64,000 bases of DNA from an uncultured Clostridia bacterium (GTDB lineage Bacteria; Bacillota; Clostridia; TANB77; CAG-508): positions 21,763 through 85,762 of the forward strand of contig CAJFRV010000007.1 of NCBI GenBank assembly GCA_904419495.1. Reading direction: 5' to 3'. A program made the translations under genes and the position numbers. Positions 11,801-18,640 of this stretch are shown one piece after another. Below the pieces are notes generated by a model. That model was not told where the DNA came from. It did not search any database and worked only from the letters and a program-made list of their open reading frames with translations. Position 1 is the first letter of the stretch, and each line of letters begins with the position of its first letter.

Positions 11801-14337
11801 CATCAACCAAGAGAAGTAATAAAGCAGTTTTAGGAACAAATGTATATAGAGAACCAACTTTAATTTCAGGTGGTGCAGACTATACATGGAATATTGCAAA
11901 TAATAGTTCTAAGGGACAAGGATATGACTTATTAGAACAATATTATAAAAATATGGGATTTGGAACAACAAGTGGTGTTAGTGCATTTAATAGTTATACA
12001 GAATTTGGACAATATATGAATGAAGAATATAGTAATATGTTAAAAAGTGTAGACAAACATGGAGGGTTCTATGTTGGTAGATATGAAGTGAGTACAGAAG
12101 GAAATTTAGTTACAAAGGATGCAGTTATACAATCACAAATTGCTAAAAATCCAATAGCTAATCAAAACTGGTATAAAGAATATTATTATCAAGACAGTAA
12201 TCTAAATCCAAAAAATCCATATTATCAATCATCAAGTGTAACAACTTCTATGATATGGGGAAGTCAATGGGATGCTATGTTAAATTGGATGTTAGATGAT
12301 GATAAGACAAGAGAGTTTGTAACATCTATTACAGGAAATCATACAGAAACAGTTGCACAGACAGGTTCATATTCAACAGACTTATCAAAAAATATCTTCG
12401 ACTTGAGTTCAAATGTAGGTGAATGGACACAAGAAGGACAAGGAACAACATATAGAATGGCAAGAGGAGGTTATTGTGTATTAACAACGGATAAATACAT
12501 TTTCAATGCAAGTAGTAGATATAATACATGGCAACCACCAACAATGACATCAGTATATTCAAATCCAACTTCTATAGGAACAGATACAAGTAAAAACTAT
12601 TTAGGATCAAGAACAGCAATGTATATCAAAGATACGACAGATACAACAGCACCAGAAATTTCAATAAATAGTAAAACAGCAGGTACAAACAATATAGAAG
12701 TAAATGTAACAGCAGTAGATAAAGAATCGGGAATTAATAAATACATATATGCAATTAGCTTAAAGAATTTTGAGGATACAGGATTTAACGAAGAAACAGA
12801 TATTTTACAAAAAGTTGAAACACATGGAAATACATATATATTTAATGAACTAACACAAAATCAAAGTTATTATATAAGAATACAAGCAGTTAATGGTGTA
12901 GGCGGAATAGCAACTGCCTATACCGGGCTTATAAAAACAGAAGTCTTGAATGTACAAGAAGGAGCTATTATTCAAGAAAAAGTATATGGAAAAAATGGGC
13001 AAGGAACGGCATATTATGAGATTAGTGGTGAAACGAACTTTGAAAATGAAGGATATTATATAGAATATCAAATAGATAAAGGTGGAACAACAGGATATCA
13101 GCCAAGTGGTAGTTGGACAAAAGGAAATACAGTTAATGGTTTATCAGTTGGAGATGTTGTATATACTAGAATTTATGATGGTGTTAACGATTCTGGATAT
13201 TATATGACTACTAACATTACAGAATTGGAAACTTTTTCAGAGGTTTATAAAGAAACAAAAATATATGAAGATATAGAAACAAATCCAGTAGAAGGTGGAG
13301 AGTCAGAGACAGAAGTTGTCGGAAGAGCATATATTCCAGCAGGTTTTAAAGTATCAACATCAAGTCTAACAAATAAAATTGCAAACGGATTGGTTATAGA
13401 AGATGAGGCAGGAAATCAATATGTTTGGATACCAGTAGAAAATGCTATATATGATGGAAAAACGACAATTTCAGCTAATTATAAACCAATGGCAAGATAT
13501 CAGTCAGGATATAATGAAAGTACGGCAGAGCAGTATTTTGAAGCAATTTTATACACATTTAGTGGTACAAGTTCAAGCAATTATTCATTAACTGGTTATG
13601 GATTAGGAAAAAGTTCATTTAGAGAGCCAAGTTTAGTAACAAATAGTACAGCAAATTATTCATGGGTATTTACTGCTGGAAATAATTATGATGCTACAAA
13701 TTACAATCAGTTAAGTCCATTAGGAATTAATAGTGCGACAGCAATGGGAACATATTTAAATGATAAATATACAGAAATGGTAGAAAGCATTGCAAAATAT
13801 GGAGGATTTTATGTAGGAAGATATGAAACAAGTTCTTGGGAAACAGATAACTGGGAAGCAGGAGGAACTAACAAAGATAATACAGGAGAAATTATAAAAT
13901 CTGTGCCAAATGCAACAACAATGGCATCAACAAACTGGTATAAGATGTATTTAAAACAAGATAGTAATTATACTTCAAATCCATATCATACAAGCTCAAG
14001 TGTAACAAGTTCTATGATTTGGGGAGCACAATGGGATACCATGTTAAATTATATATTAACAGGTTCAGATAAAGAGAAGGTAACAGCAGTAACAGGAAAT
14101 CACTCGGGAACTAGGGCTAAGACAGGACAATATGGAAGTGACATAATGAATAATATTTTTGATTTAAGCTCTAATGTAAGAGAGTGGACAAGCGAGGCTT
14201 CTGGAGCAACCAACCGTGTCTTTCGTGGAGGCTATTACGATACGGATGATCTCTATGCTTCAAGCATTCGCTATTGCTACAATCCTACGAATAGCTTCTA
14301 CCATATCGGTTCGCGTCTCTCACTTTATTTAAAGTAG
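5887..14337 (+). CDS. DGR target protein: type IV pilin-like N-terminus, FN3/Ig-like repeats and three C-type lectin (FGE-like) domains, the last carrying the variable repeat
   Basis: G|ITLIALVITIIVLLILAG prepilin-like helix; repeated FN3-type motifs (FENLSPGQTYYIKV, YTGLKQNTNYYIRI); three copies of PAGF..GNEYVW.P..YGGFY.GRYE..WG.QWD.ML..N..EWT..RGG; the 3' end matches the TR. Confidence 0.9.
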   Translation: MKFSKGRMLLAKDGTHGITLIALVITIIVLLILAGISIATLSGDNGVLTKAVEAKKQTKIAEDTENLQLLYVQKAGETKYGDPSIDEYLDYVEEKGYPTKVDNGVSYVEADGSIYEVSIEDGELKVDYVEEGTITDPRIQRIEIVEKTMNSIKISVIASRLDGGTFYYYIGTSEDQLEEQGSGKETEFTFENLSPGQTYYIKVKGVTTDGRETEKNITAQIDSIPDAEGNITYDIRWNNGTATVTFRSTSGYTIETSRDGLTYTKSSVVSGVENGGIVRARLTNGNFAGKEITVTVIDSEKPKLTLKTGKVTSKSIELIATATDNESGVTGQSYNYYIGKGGESSTLSGNNTTGKYTFENLDQNTTYEIKVEIEDRAGNKATQTMEAKTELIPSASSAIRRNVVWNADGTAQVTLSTDTSYNILYNIDGGQWELYSNALSVTNGQTIYMCLTDGRNRGEEYGLQVIDRDGPEITVTRGKITTNSITVNVEAEDKGSGLPQGNTYKYYIKSSNESDYRLIKEGESNTTFTFTGLTAQTTYNIRVTTTDLVGNEGKGEIDATTNEFTYVTGNIEFSEIRWENKLANVTLTNNTANAMEYKIIPKGTEVDLGGTWQTASNKTQTVGNLKAGDIILARLNDGVNTTGYATLTIQDTINPSIEVKISNEQWTNTSVTITINATDNESGLQEQAYSFDGGTNWQAENTKTYEQNTAGIVIKVRDEAGNVTTYNTINITNIDKDGPTMNVETDTTSNSLTVNITSVTDAGIGLEDTPTFVYYIATSSEALETTIGATSTEKTKQYTDLTQNTTYYLKVEVQDKLGNVTTVYKTVSTGSLDASSGDVNITDPEWTNGKASVRITNQSEYDLQYQIVENGESFNENGNWTNETNKEMNIGELKHGDVIYVRLTDGSNVSGTIIKEIKDVVNPTITSVTGNREEWTNTPITLTINATDNESGLQEQAYSFDGGKTWQKENTKIYEQNTAGIVIQVRDIAGNITTYDTIDITKIDKTGPSITIEEQETTTNQSTINVKATDSGVGMEETPTYTYYTKQGEAENYTKIEENQNTTYTFKNLKAGTTYTIKVEAKDTLGNIGEKTLEITTRNLLYSVGDITFTDIIWNNGKATVTANNKIEEYDMQYQIGKDGANINLNGVWTTVKEKSIPITNLEDDDIIYARLTDGVNVTSGYATCNISNISKETYTEEELAKETTRADYEILGISVNNNEIRVQIDGKEENGALYNYYYKTVNDDKYTLISTNTNYNEPAVITDIQEGTLYKIKATIIDTDGNVSRSANTATTIALGQATQNTTYNDNRTYIDNSKEVENAEGSKVVAGYTVSVPAGFKVSETEGQNKQEDGVVLKDNNGNEYVWIPVYDAIYDGVTSMPTSTGTATRTYKPMATKQTGKAGYYESLIYTFNGTLSYRNSSNTGIGKTSYREPSLITNNANDGYTWDVTQTVGVNYDAAEDYYKTVLGFESAKAFGEYMASSYNDMIMSVDSYGGFYIGRYETTAEETGDGVVVGSQANKTVLANKNWYQMLLYQDSEKYTKNPYNTIASARTSMVWGNQWDAMLNYVLKGMDSTKVTGKTGQQKNTPSNSGQDASDVMNNIYDLGSNLYEWTQEANATNYRIYRGGSYDTASSGRAYTRNNVVPIDQGPAFGTRLGLYVKSTNDVTGPVVTINHTTATSNTITVDVTATDKETGVSSYRYSISENGMNWTQVAETTTNTYTYTGLKQNTNYYIRIIAVDGQENVGEAVETQVKTQTLGNISATAITLSQKYGPDGQGIVQLNLEDTYKNSGYHIETQVVKPGGNFTEDQGWTSGDTVYNLSNGDKIYATVYDGKNRSGDYFELVVDGLEEYAYIDEEGNTYTEEEAQKEENKNQTTYDTTMNYTDEEGNTATIPAGFKVGISDSVKSINNGLVIQDNKGNEYVWVPVEEAIETDTTTDSAQKAMARYQAGYSSGSAKEFFEGILYNFTGTASTKRSNKAVLGTNVYREPTLISGGADYTWNIANNSSKGQGYDLLEQYYKNMGFGTTSGVSAFNSYTEFGQYMNEEYSNMLKSVDKHGGFYVGRYEVSTEGNLVTKDAVIQSQIAKNPIANQNWYKEYYYQDSNLNPKNPYYQSSSVTTSMIWGSQWDAMLNWMLDDDKTREFVTSITGNHTETVAQTGSYSTDLSKNIFDLSSNVGEWTQEGQGTTYRMARGGYCVLTTDKYIFNASSRYNTWQPPTMTSVYSNPTSIGTDTSKNYLGSRTAMYIKDTTDTTAPEISINSKTAGTNNIEVNVTAVDKESGINKYIYAISLKNFEDTGFNEETDILQKVETHGNTYIFNELTQNQSYYIRIQAVNGVGGIATAYTGLIKTEVLNVQEGAIIQEKVYGKNGQGTAYYEISGETNFENEGYYIEYQIDKGGTTGYQPSGSWTKGNTVNGLSVGDVVYTRIYDGVNDSGYYMTTNITELETFSEVYKETKIYEDIETNPVEGGESETEVVGRAYIPAGFKVSTSSLTNKIANGLVIEDEAGNQYVWIPVENAIYDGKTTISANYKPMARYQSGYNESTAEQYFEAILYTFSGTSSSNYSLTGYGLGKSSFREPSLVTNSTANYSWVFTAGNNYDATNYNQLSPLGINSATAMGTYLNDKYTEMVESIAKYGGFYVGRYETSSWETDNWEAGGTNKDNTGEIIKSVPNATTMASTNWYKMYLKQDSNYTSNPYHTSSSVTSSMIWGAQWDTMLNYILTGSDKEKVTAVTGNHSGTRAKTGQYGSDIMNNIFDLSSNVREWTSEASGATNRVFRGGYYDTDDLYASSIRYCYNPTNSFYHIGSRLSLYLK
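14194..14324 (+). repeat. DGR variable repeat (VR)
   Basis: 131-bp ungapped match to 16323-16453 with 16 mismatches, 15 opposite TR adenines. Encodes the C-terminal residues of the target. Confidence 0.97.
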
Positions 14338-14415
14338 CACTGGACACGAAAGCCGTGAACTTGAACATATAAATGAATTAGTGGACATAACAAATTTTGA
14401 TAAGTAGAAATTAAA

Positions 14416-14454
14416 ATGCTTCCTTAGAGTTGCTATATAATCCTAAGGAGGCAT
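14416..14454. other. Stem-loop downstream of the VR (terminator or DGR homing hairpin)
   Basis: ATGCTTCCTTAG ... CTAAGGAGGCAT, a 12-bp stem with one G-T pair, about 80 bp after the target stop codon. Confidence 0.5.
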
Positions 14455-14469
14455 GTCCTGATAAAAATA

Positions 14470-14845
14470 GAACAATTGCATTAGAAAATAGATAAATAAC
14501 CCTTTCCTAAATTTTCGAAGCAATTGTTCATATATAGGAAATTCATTTCCCATATATGAAAAGTCGCTTGCGACTAACAGTTGTACACAATTTTACGTAA
14601 GTAAAATTGATACAGGAACAAATACGCGACATGTAAGTAATTAAAAAACAAAAAAATTTTAATCATGTCGCTATTGTTCTTGTATAGGAAAAATCGAGTT
14701 TTTCCTATACAAGAACGTTGCTTCGCTCTAACAATTGCACACAAATTTTACTAACGTAAAATTTGGCGCCGAACAATGACGCAGGCTTTGAAATGTTATA
14801 AATAGAAAATCTTTAAAAAAGCCCGCTATTGTTCTTAAATAGGAA
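14470..14845. repeat. Tandem array of ~150-155-bp hairpin-rich units
   Basis: GCWATTGTTC recurs at 14520, 14670 and 14825, each paired with an upstream GAACAA arm. The first two are followed by a TATAGGAAA..TTTCC hairpin and a CAA(A)TTTTAC-N4-GTAAAAT(T)TG hairpin. Confidence 0.75.
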
Positions 14846-14900
14846 TAGGGACAGAGACGAAAATAACAATTGAAATAAAAAAGAAAAACAAAGGAAAATT

Positions 14901-15269
14901 ATGAAACAAGATAATGAATTAAAGCTCATACCAGCTTATGAGCAGTATATGGAATATATGATACAATTACTTATAAAATTGCCCAGAACAGAGAAATTTA
15001 GTATAGGTACAGAATTTAAACAAGTGATGTATAGTACATTAGAAGATATTATGTTTATAACAAAGTTAGATATGAATAAAAGATTAAGTTATTTAAATCG
15101 AATAGATGCAAAATTAAATGCACAAAGAATCATGCTAAGAGTTATGAAAAAATTTGCATGGATAGACATAAAGAAATTTGATATTGCAATGGGAAAAATA
15201 TATGAAATTGGTAAAATATTAGGAGGGCTTATTAAATATTATGCCAAAAACAATCAGAAATCAATTTGA
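14901..15269 (+). CDS. avd: DGR accessory variability determinant (four-helix bundle)
   Basis: 122-aa basic helical protein with LPRTEKFSIG and EIGKILGGLIK motifs, immediately upstream of and overlapping the RT gene. Confidence 0.88.
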   Translation: MKQDNELKLIPAYEQYMEYMIQLLIKLPRTEKFSIGTEFKQVMYSTLEDIMFITKLDMNKRLSYLNRIDAKLNAQRIMLRVMKKFAWIDIKKFDIAMGKIYEIGKILGGLIKYYAKNNQKSI

Positions 15270-16287
15270 TAAATATTTGACTTATGAAAAATTGTTAGAA
15301 GCACACAACAAATCTAAAAAAGGAAAATGTCGAAAAACAGAATTAATTCGATTTAATTTAAAACAAGAAGAATATATTATGTATTTATATCATCAGTTGA
15401 AGAATGGAACTTATAAACATGGTGGCTATACAGAATTTTACGTAACAGAACCTAAGTTAAGAAAAATAGAAAAGTCCAGATATATTGATAGAATCGTTCA
15501 TAGATGGCTTGTAGATAATTTTTTATTAAAAGGGTTTGCTAGTCAATTCATCAATACTTCTTATGCTTGCATAAAAAACAAAGGTATGCATAGAGCAGCA
15601 TTTAAAGTACAAGAATATATGAGAAAGGCAAAGGTAAATTGGGGAGAAAATTATTATGTTTTAAAAACAGATATTGCAAAATATTTTAATAGCATTGATA
15701 AAGAAATTTTAATAAAAATCTTAAAGAGAAAGATAAAAGATGAAAAATTGCTATGGCTAATAAATGAAATATTGTATGCCCAGAAAAGGAAAAAAGGAAT
15801 TGAAATAGGAAATTATACAAGTCAAATATTTGCCAATATTTATTTAAATGAAGTCGATCAATATATTAAACATGAATTAAAAGTAAAATATTATGTTCGA
15901 TATTTAGATGACAGTATATTACTTTTAGAAACAAAAAAAGAGGCTAAAGAAGTTTTATTTAAAATACAGGTATTTTTAAAAGAAAAATTGGAATTGGAAC
16001 TGAATAAAAAAACACAAGTTTTTAAAGGAAAACAAGGAATTAATTTTTGTGGATATAAAATTAATGAATATAGACTAAAATTAAGGGATAAGGGAAAAAG
16101 AAAACTAAAAAATAAAATTAAGAAAATGAAAAGTTATGTAAAAAAAGGAAAAATAAGTAGTCATGAGGCCAAAAGATATTTAGCAGGTCATATAGGTTAT
16201 GTGAGATGGGCAAACGTATATAATTTAATGAATAAATTATTTTATATAGAAGATAATCAGTTTACAAATAAGAAAAGCATACATTAA
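15241..16287 (+). CDS. DGR reverse transcriptase
   Basis: EPKLRKI, DRIVH, DIAKYFNSID, GIEIGNYTSQIFANIYL (IGxxxSQ, DGR-type), YVRYLDD, GINFCGY; 348 aa with no maturase/endonuclease extension. Confidence 0.96.
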   Translation: MPKTIRNQFDKYLTYEKLLEAHNKSKKGKCRKTELIRFNLKQEEYIMYLYHQLKNGTYKHGGYTEFYVTEPKLRKIEKSRYIDRIVHRWLVDNFLLKGFASQFINTSYACIKNKGMHRAAFKVQEYMRKAKVNWGENYYVLKTDIAKYFNSIDKEILIKILKRKIKDEKLLWLINEILYAQKRKKGIEIGNYTSQIFANIYLNEVDQYIKHELKVKYYVRYLDDSILLLETKKEAKEVLFKIQVFLKEKLELELNKKTQVFKGKQGINFCGYKINEYRLKLRDKGKRKLKNKIKKMKSYVKKGKISSHEAKRYLAGHIGYVRWANVYNLMNKLFYIEDNQFTNKKSIH

Positions 16288-16322
16288 CAAAATTCAAGAT
16301 TTAGATATAGGGATAAATCGAA

Positions 16323-16453
16323 GAGGCTAATGGAGCTACCAACCGTGTCAATCGTGGAGGCAATTACAATACGGATGATCTCAATGCTTCAAGCAATCGC
16401 AATAGCAACAATCCTACGAATAGCAACAACAATATCGGTTCGCGTCTCTCACT
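16323..16453 (+). ncRNA. DGR template repeat (TR)
   Basis: Non-coding copy of the VR 35 bp after the RT stop. Holds 14 AAY codons in the target frame, while many conserved residues use A-free codons (CGT, GTC, GGC, CTC, TCG). Confidence 0.96.
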
Positions 16454-16686
16454 CTAATACTATTTCAGATTATATATTTTACGGAATATATACAGTAAAG
16501 TATTAGTAATAAAGAGATTTATTCCTTCCTGATAATTTGTGATATCATTTGTTTTTATATATAAAATTTAGAAAACGTAAATGGTGTTATAAGTAAGATG
16601 GTAAAAAATGATAAGAACAATATATGTTAGTAAATATATCGAATTGAAAATATATCATTGTTCGTAAAAAAATAAAGGATTGTAAT

Positions 16687-16953
16687 ATGAATAAATGTTT
16701 TTTTATGGGAAGAATTATAACAGATGTAGATTTTAAGTTTATGTTAGATAATAAAAATGATTCCATATCCACATTTAATATAGAATTGTCAAATACATCT
16801 ATTATAAAAGCAATTACTTTTAATGAACGAGCTGATTATAGCTATCGCAAATTGGAAAAAGAAGATATTGTACTTATAGAGGGAAGATTGGATTCAATGT
16901 TGAATGTTATTGTACAGGAAGTAGAAAAGCTAGATGTGATAAAAAATAAATAA
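16687..16953 (+). CDS. Short single-stranded DNA-binding (OB-fold) protein
   Basis: MNKCFFMGRI..D..F N-terminus and KEDIVLIEGRL strand resemble SSB; no acidic C-terminal tail. Confidence 0.7.
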   Translation: MNKCFFMGRIITDVDFKFMLDNKNDSISTFNIELSNTSIIKAITFNERADYSYRKLEKEDIVLIEGRLDSMLNVIVQEVEKLDVIKNK

Positions 16954-16972
16954 TGCAAAGGAGAAATGAAAA

Positions 16973-17488
16973 ATGGAAGAAAGAAATACCAAAAAGGTAA
17001 AACCAAAAAATACAAATAAGAAAAAAACGAGGTCTATGAATGTATGGATGCTTATATTATTAGTAGCGATTATAGTGGTAGTAATTGTCATTGTGATAAA
17101 CAATAAAAAATCTAAAAAAGAAAGTGCAAATACTGCAAATGGAGAAAATACATCTAATAGTTATGTTGAAGAAATTGAAGATGGTGTAAAGATTAATAAG
17201 AGTACAAGATTAAATGAAGCAAAAGAAATAGATGGTCTAACAGTTGCCAATATTCAATTAACAACAGAAAGTGGAATGACAACACTTTTAGCAGATGTTA
17301 CAAATAATTCAGGAGCAAGAACAGAAGTAAAATCAATAGAGATTACATTATTAAGTGAGGATGGAGCAGAATTAACAAAGGTAACAGGAATTATAAATGC
17401 ACTAGAAGCAGGAGAAACAACACAATTAAATATAGCAATGACTTCTGACTATGTAAATGCATATGATTTTAATATTAATATAAAATAA
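16973..17488 (+). CDS. Membrane-anchored hypothetical protein with Ig-like extracellular domain
   Basis: Basic N-terminus, one TM helix, then a beta-rich domain (ADVTNNSG...LEAGETTQLNI); AAGGAG RBS. Confidence 0.7.
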   Translation: MEERNTKKVKPKNTNKKKTRSMNVWMLILLVAIIVVVIVIVINNKKSKKESANTANGENTSNSYVEEIEDGVKINKSTRLNEAKEIDGLTVANIQLTTESGMTTLLADVTNNSGARTEVKSIEITLLSEDGAELTKVTGIINALEAGETTQLNIAMTSDYVNAYDFNINIK

Positions 17489-18105
17489 TTATTGTTTTGT
17501 TAATTTTAGCAGGAGTAACAATTGCAACATTAACAGGAGACAATGGGATATTAACAAGAGCAAATAATGCAAAAGAACAAACAGAAAATGCAGAGGAAAA
17601 GGAAAAAGTAAAATTATCATCAACAGCAGCACTAACAAAAGCAACTGGAGAAGAAATTAATCAAGAAGACTTAGAAGAAGAACTTGGAGAGTATTTTGAA
17701 ACAGGGAAATACGCAGTAGAAGAAGGAACAAATGAAGATGGAATAGAAGGATATGTAGTAACAATAACAGAAAAAGATCCAAATGGAAGAGAATATTTTG
17801 TAGACAAAAATGGAGCAATGTCAGAAACAGCAGATAAGGAGGATTCACGAACAATCACATTTTATATAAACGATATAAGTTTTGAATGCCTAGAGGGAGA
17901 AGTATGGGGAGACTGGATTACATCAAATGAAGAATTATTAAGTCAAAATGGATTTGCTGATTTAGCAACATTACCTATGTGGGGGAGCGTAATAGGAATT
18001 TATTGTGGTGGTGGTTTATTGGAACCATATCTTTCAAATGAAACAGGTAGTAATGTATTTGTAGACGAACAAATTCAACATTTGCATAAATATAGATGGG
18101 AGTAA
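17488..18105 (+). pseudogene. 5'-truncated pilin-like cassette (open frame, no leader/RBS)
   Basis: Begins at the previous gene's stop with IIVLLILAGVTIATLTGDNGILTRA. It lacks the leader and GITLIALVIT segment seen in the DGR target. Confidence 0.65.
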
Positions 18106-18140
18106 TACATCTGTTATTTGGATATAATACTTCCATAAAC

Positions 18141-18380
18141 ATAATTGTGTTGTTAATTTTAGCAGGAGTAACAATTGCGACATTAACAGGAGAACTTAAG
18201 TAAAGCACAAGAGGCAAGTGAAAATACAAAGAAAATAAATGCATAAAAACAAGTAGAAATAGCAATAACAATAACAAGAAGCATAGGAACAAATGGAAAT
18301 ATAAATAATGCAGATTTAGAAAAAATTAAATCAAATAGAAAAAATAACAGGAACACCAAGTCCAATAGAAGATAGAGATT
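18141..18380 (+). pseudogene. Degenerate second pilin-like cassette
   Basis: 18141-18193 matches 17488-17540 at 50/53 nt (IIVLLILAGVTIATLTG), then frameshifts and stops. The 3' end is approximate. Confidence 0.65.
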
Positions 18381-18640
18381 ATACATTTATGGTAACAGTC
18401 AATGTAGTCATGTATTCTATTCGTCTTGTAATTTCTCTAGGATCTGATATCGAAATTATAACATGTAAAGGAGAAAACAACAGTACAAATATGCACCAAA
18501 TCAGTAAATAGGAGCTTGTCAAGTCTGGTGTGTAAAGAAAGTTTGATATTAAATAAAAAAATCCTCCCAAAAACTTGTAATTTTCAATATTATTGATATA
18601 ATAATAATTGGACATAAACAAGAGAAAGGGAGGATTTTTT

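Larger units (their letters stand above)
5887..16453 (+). mobile_element. Diversity-generating retroelement (target/VR - avd - RT - TR)
   Basis: All four canonical components are present in cis with adenine-specific TR/VR differences. Confidence 0.95.

Noticed and set aside
10717..12630. Additional VRs at the ends of lectin-like domains 1 and 2
   Set aside because: The protein motifs are similar, but the DNA does not match the TR (AGA vs CGT codons, indels, many non-adenine differences).
14470..14845. CRISPR array in the target-avd spacer
   Set aside because: The period is about 150 bp, repeats are degenerate, there is no repeat-spacer regularity and no cas genes are present.
15241..16287. 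RT as a group II intron, retron or Abi RT
   Set aside because: It is short, has the IGxxxSQ motif, has an avd neighbour and comes with an adenine-specific TR/VR pair, all pointing to a DGR.
5323..18380. Prophage or ICE carrying the DGR
   Set aside because: No integrase, terminase, capsid, relaxase or att-like flanking repeats were seen. XRE and SSB alone are insufficient.
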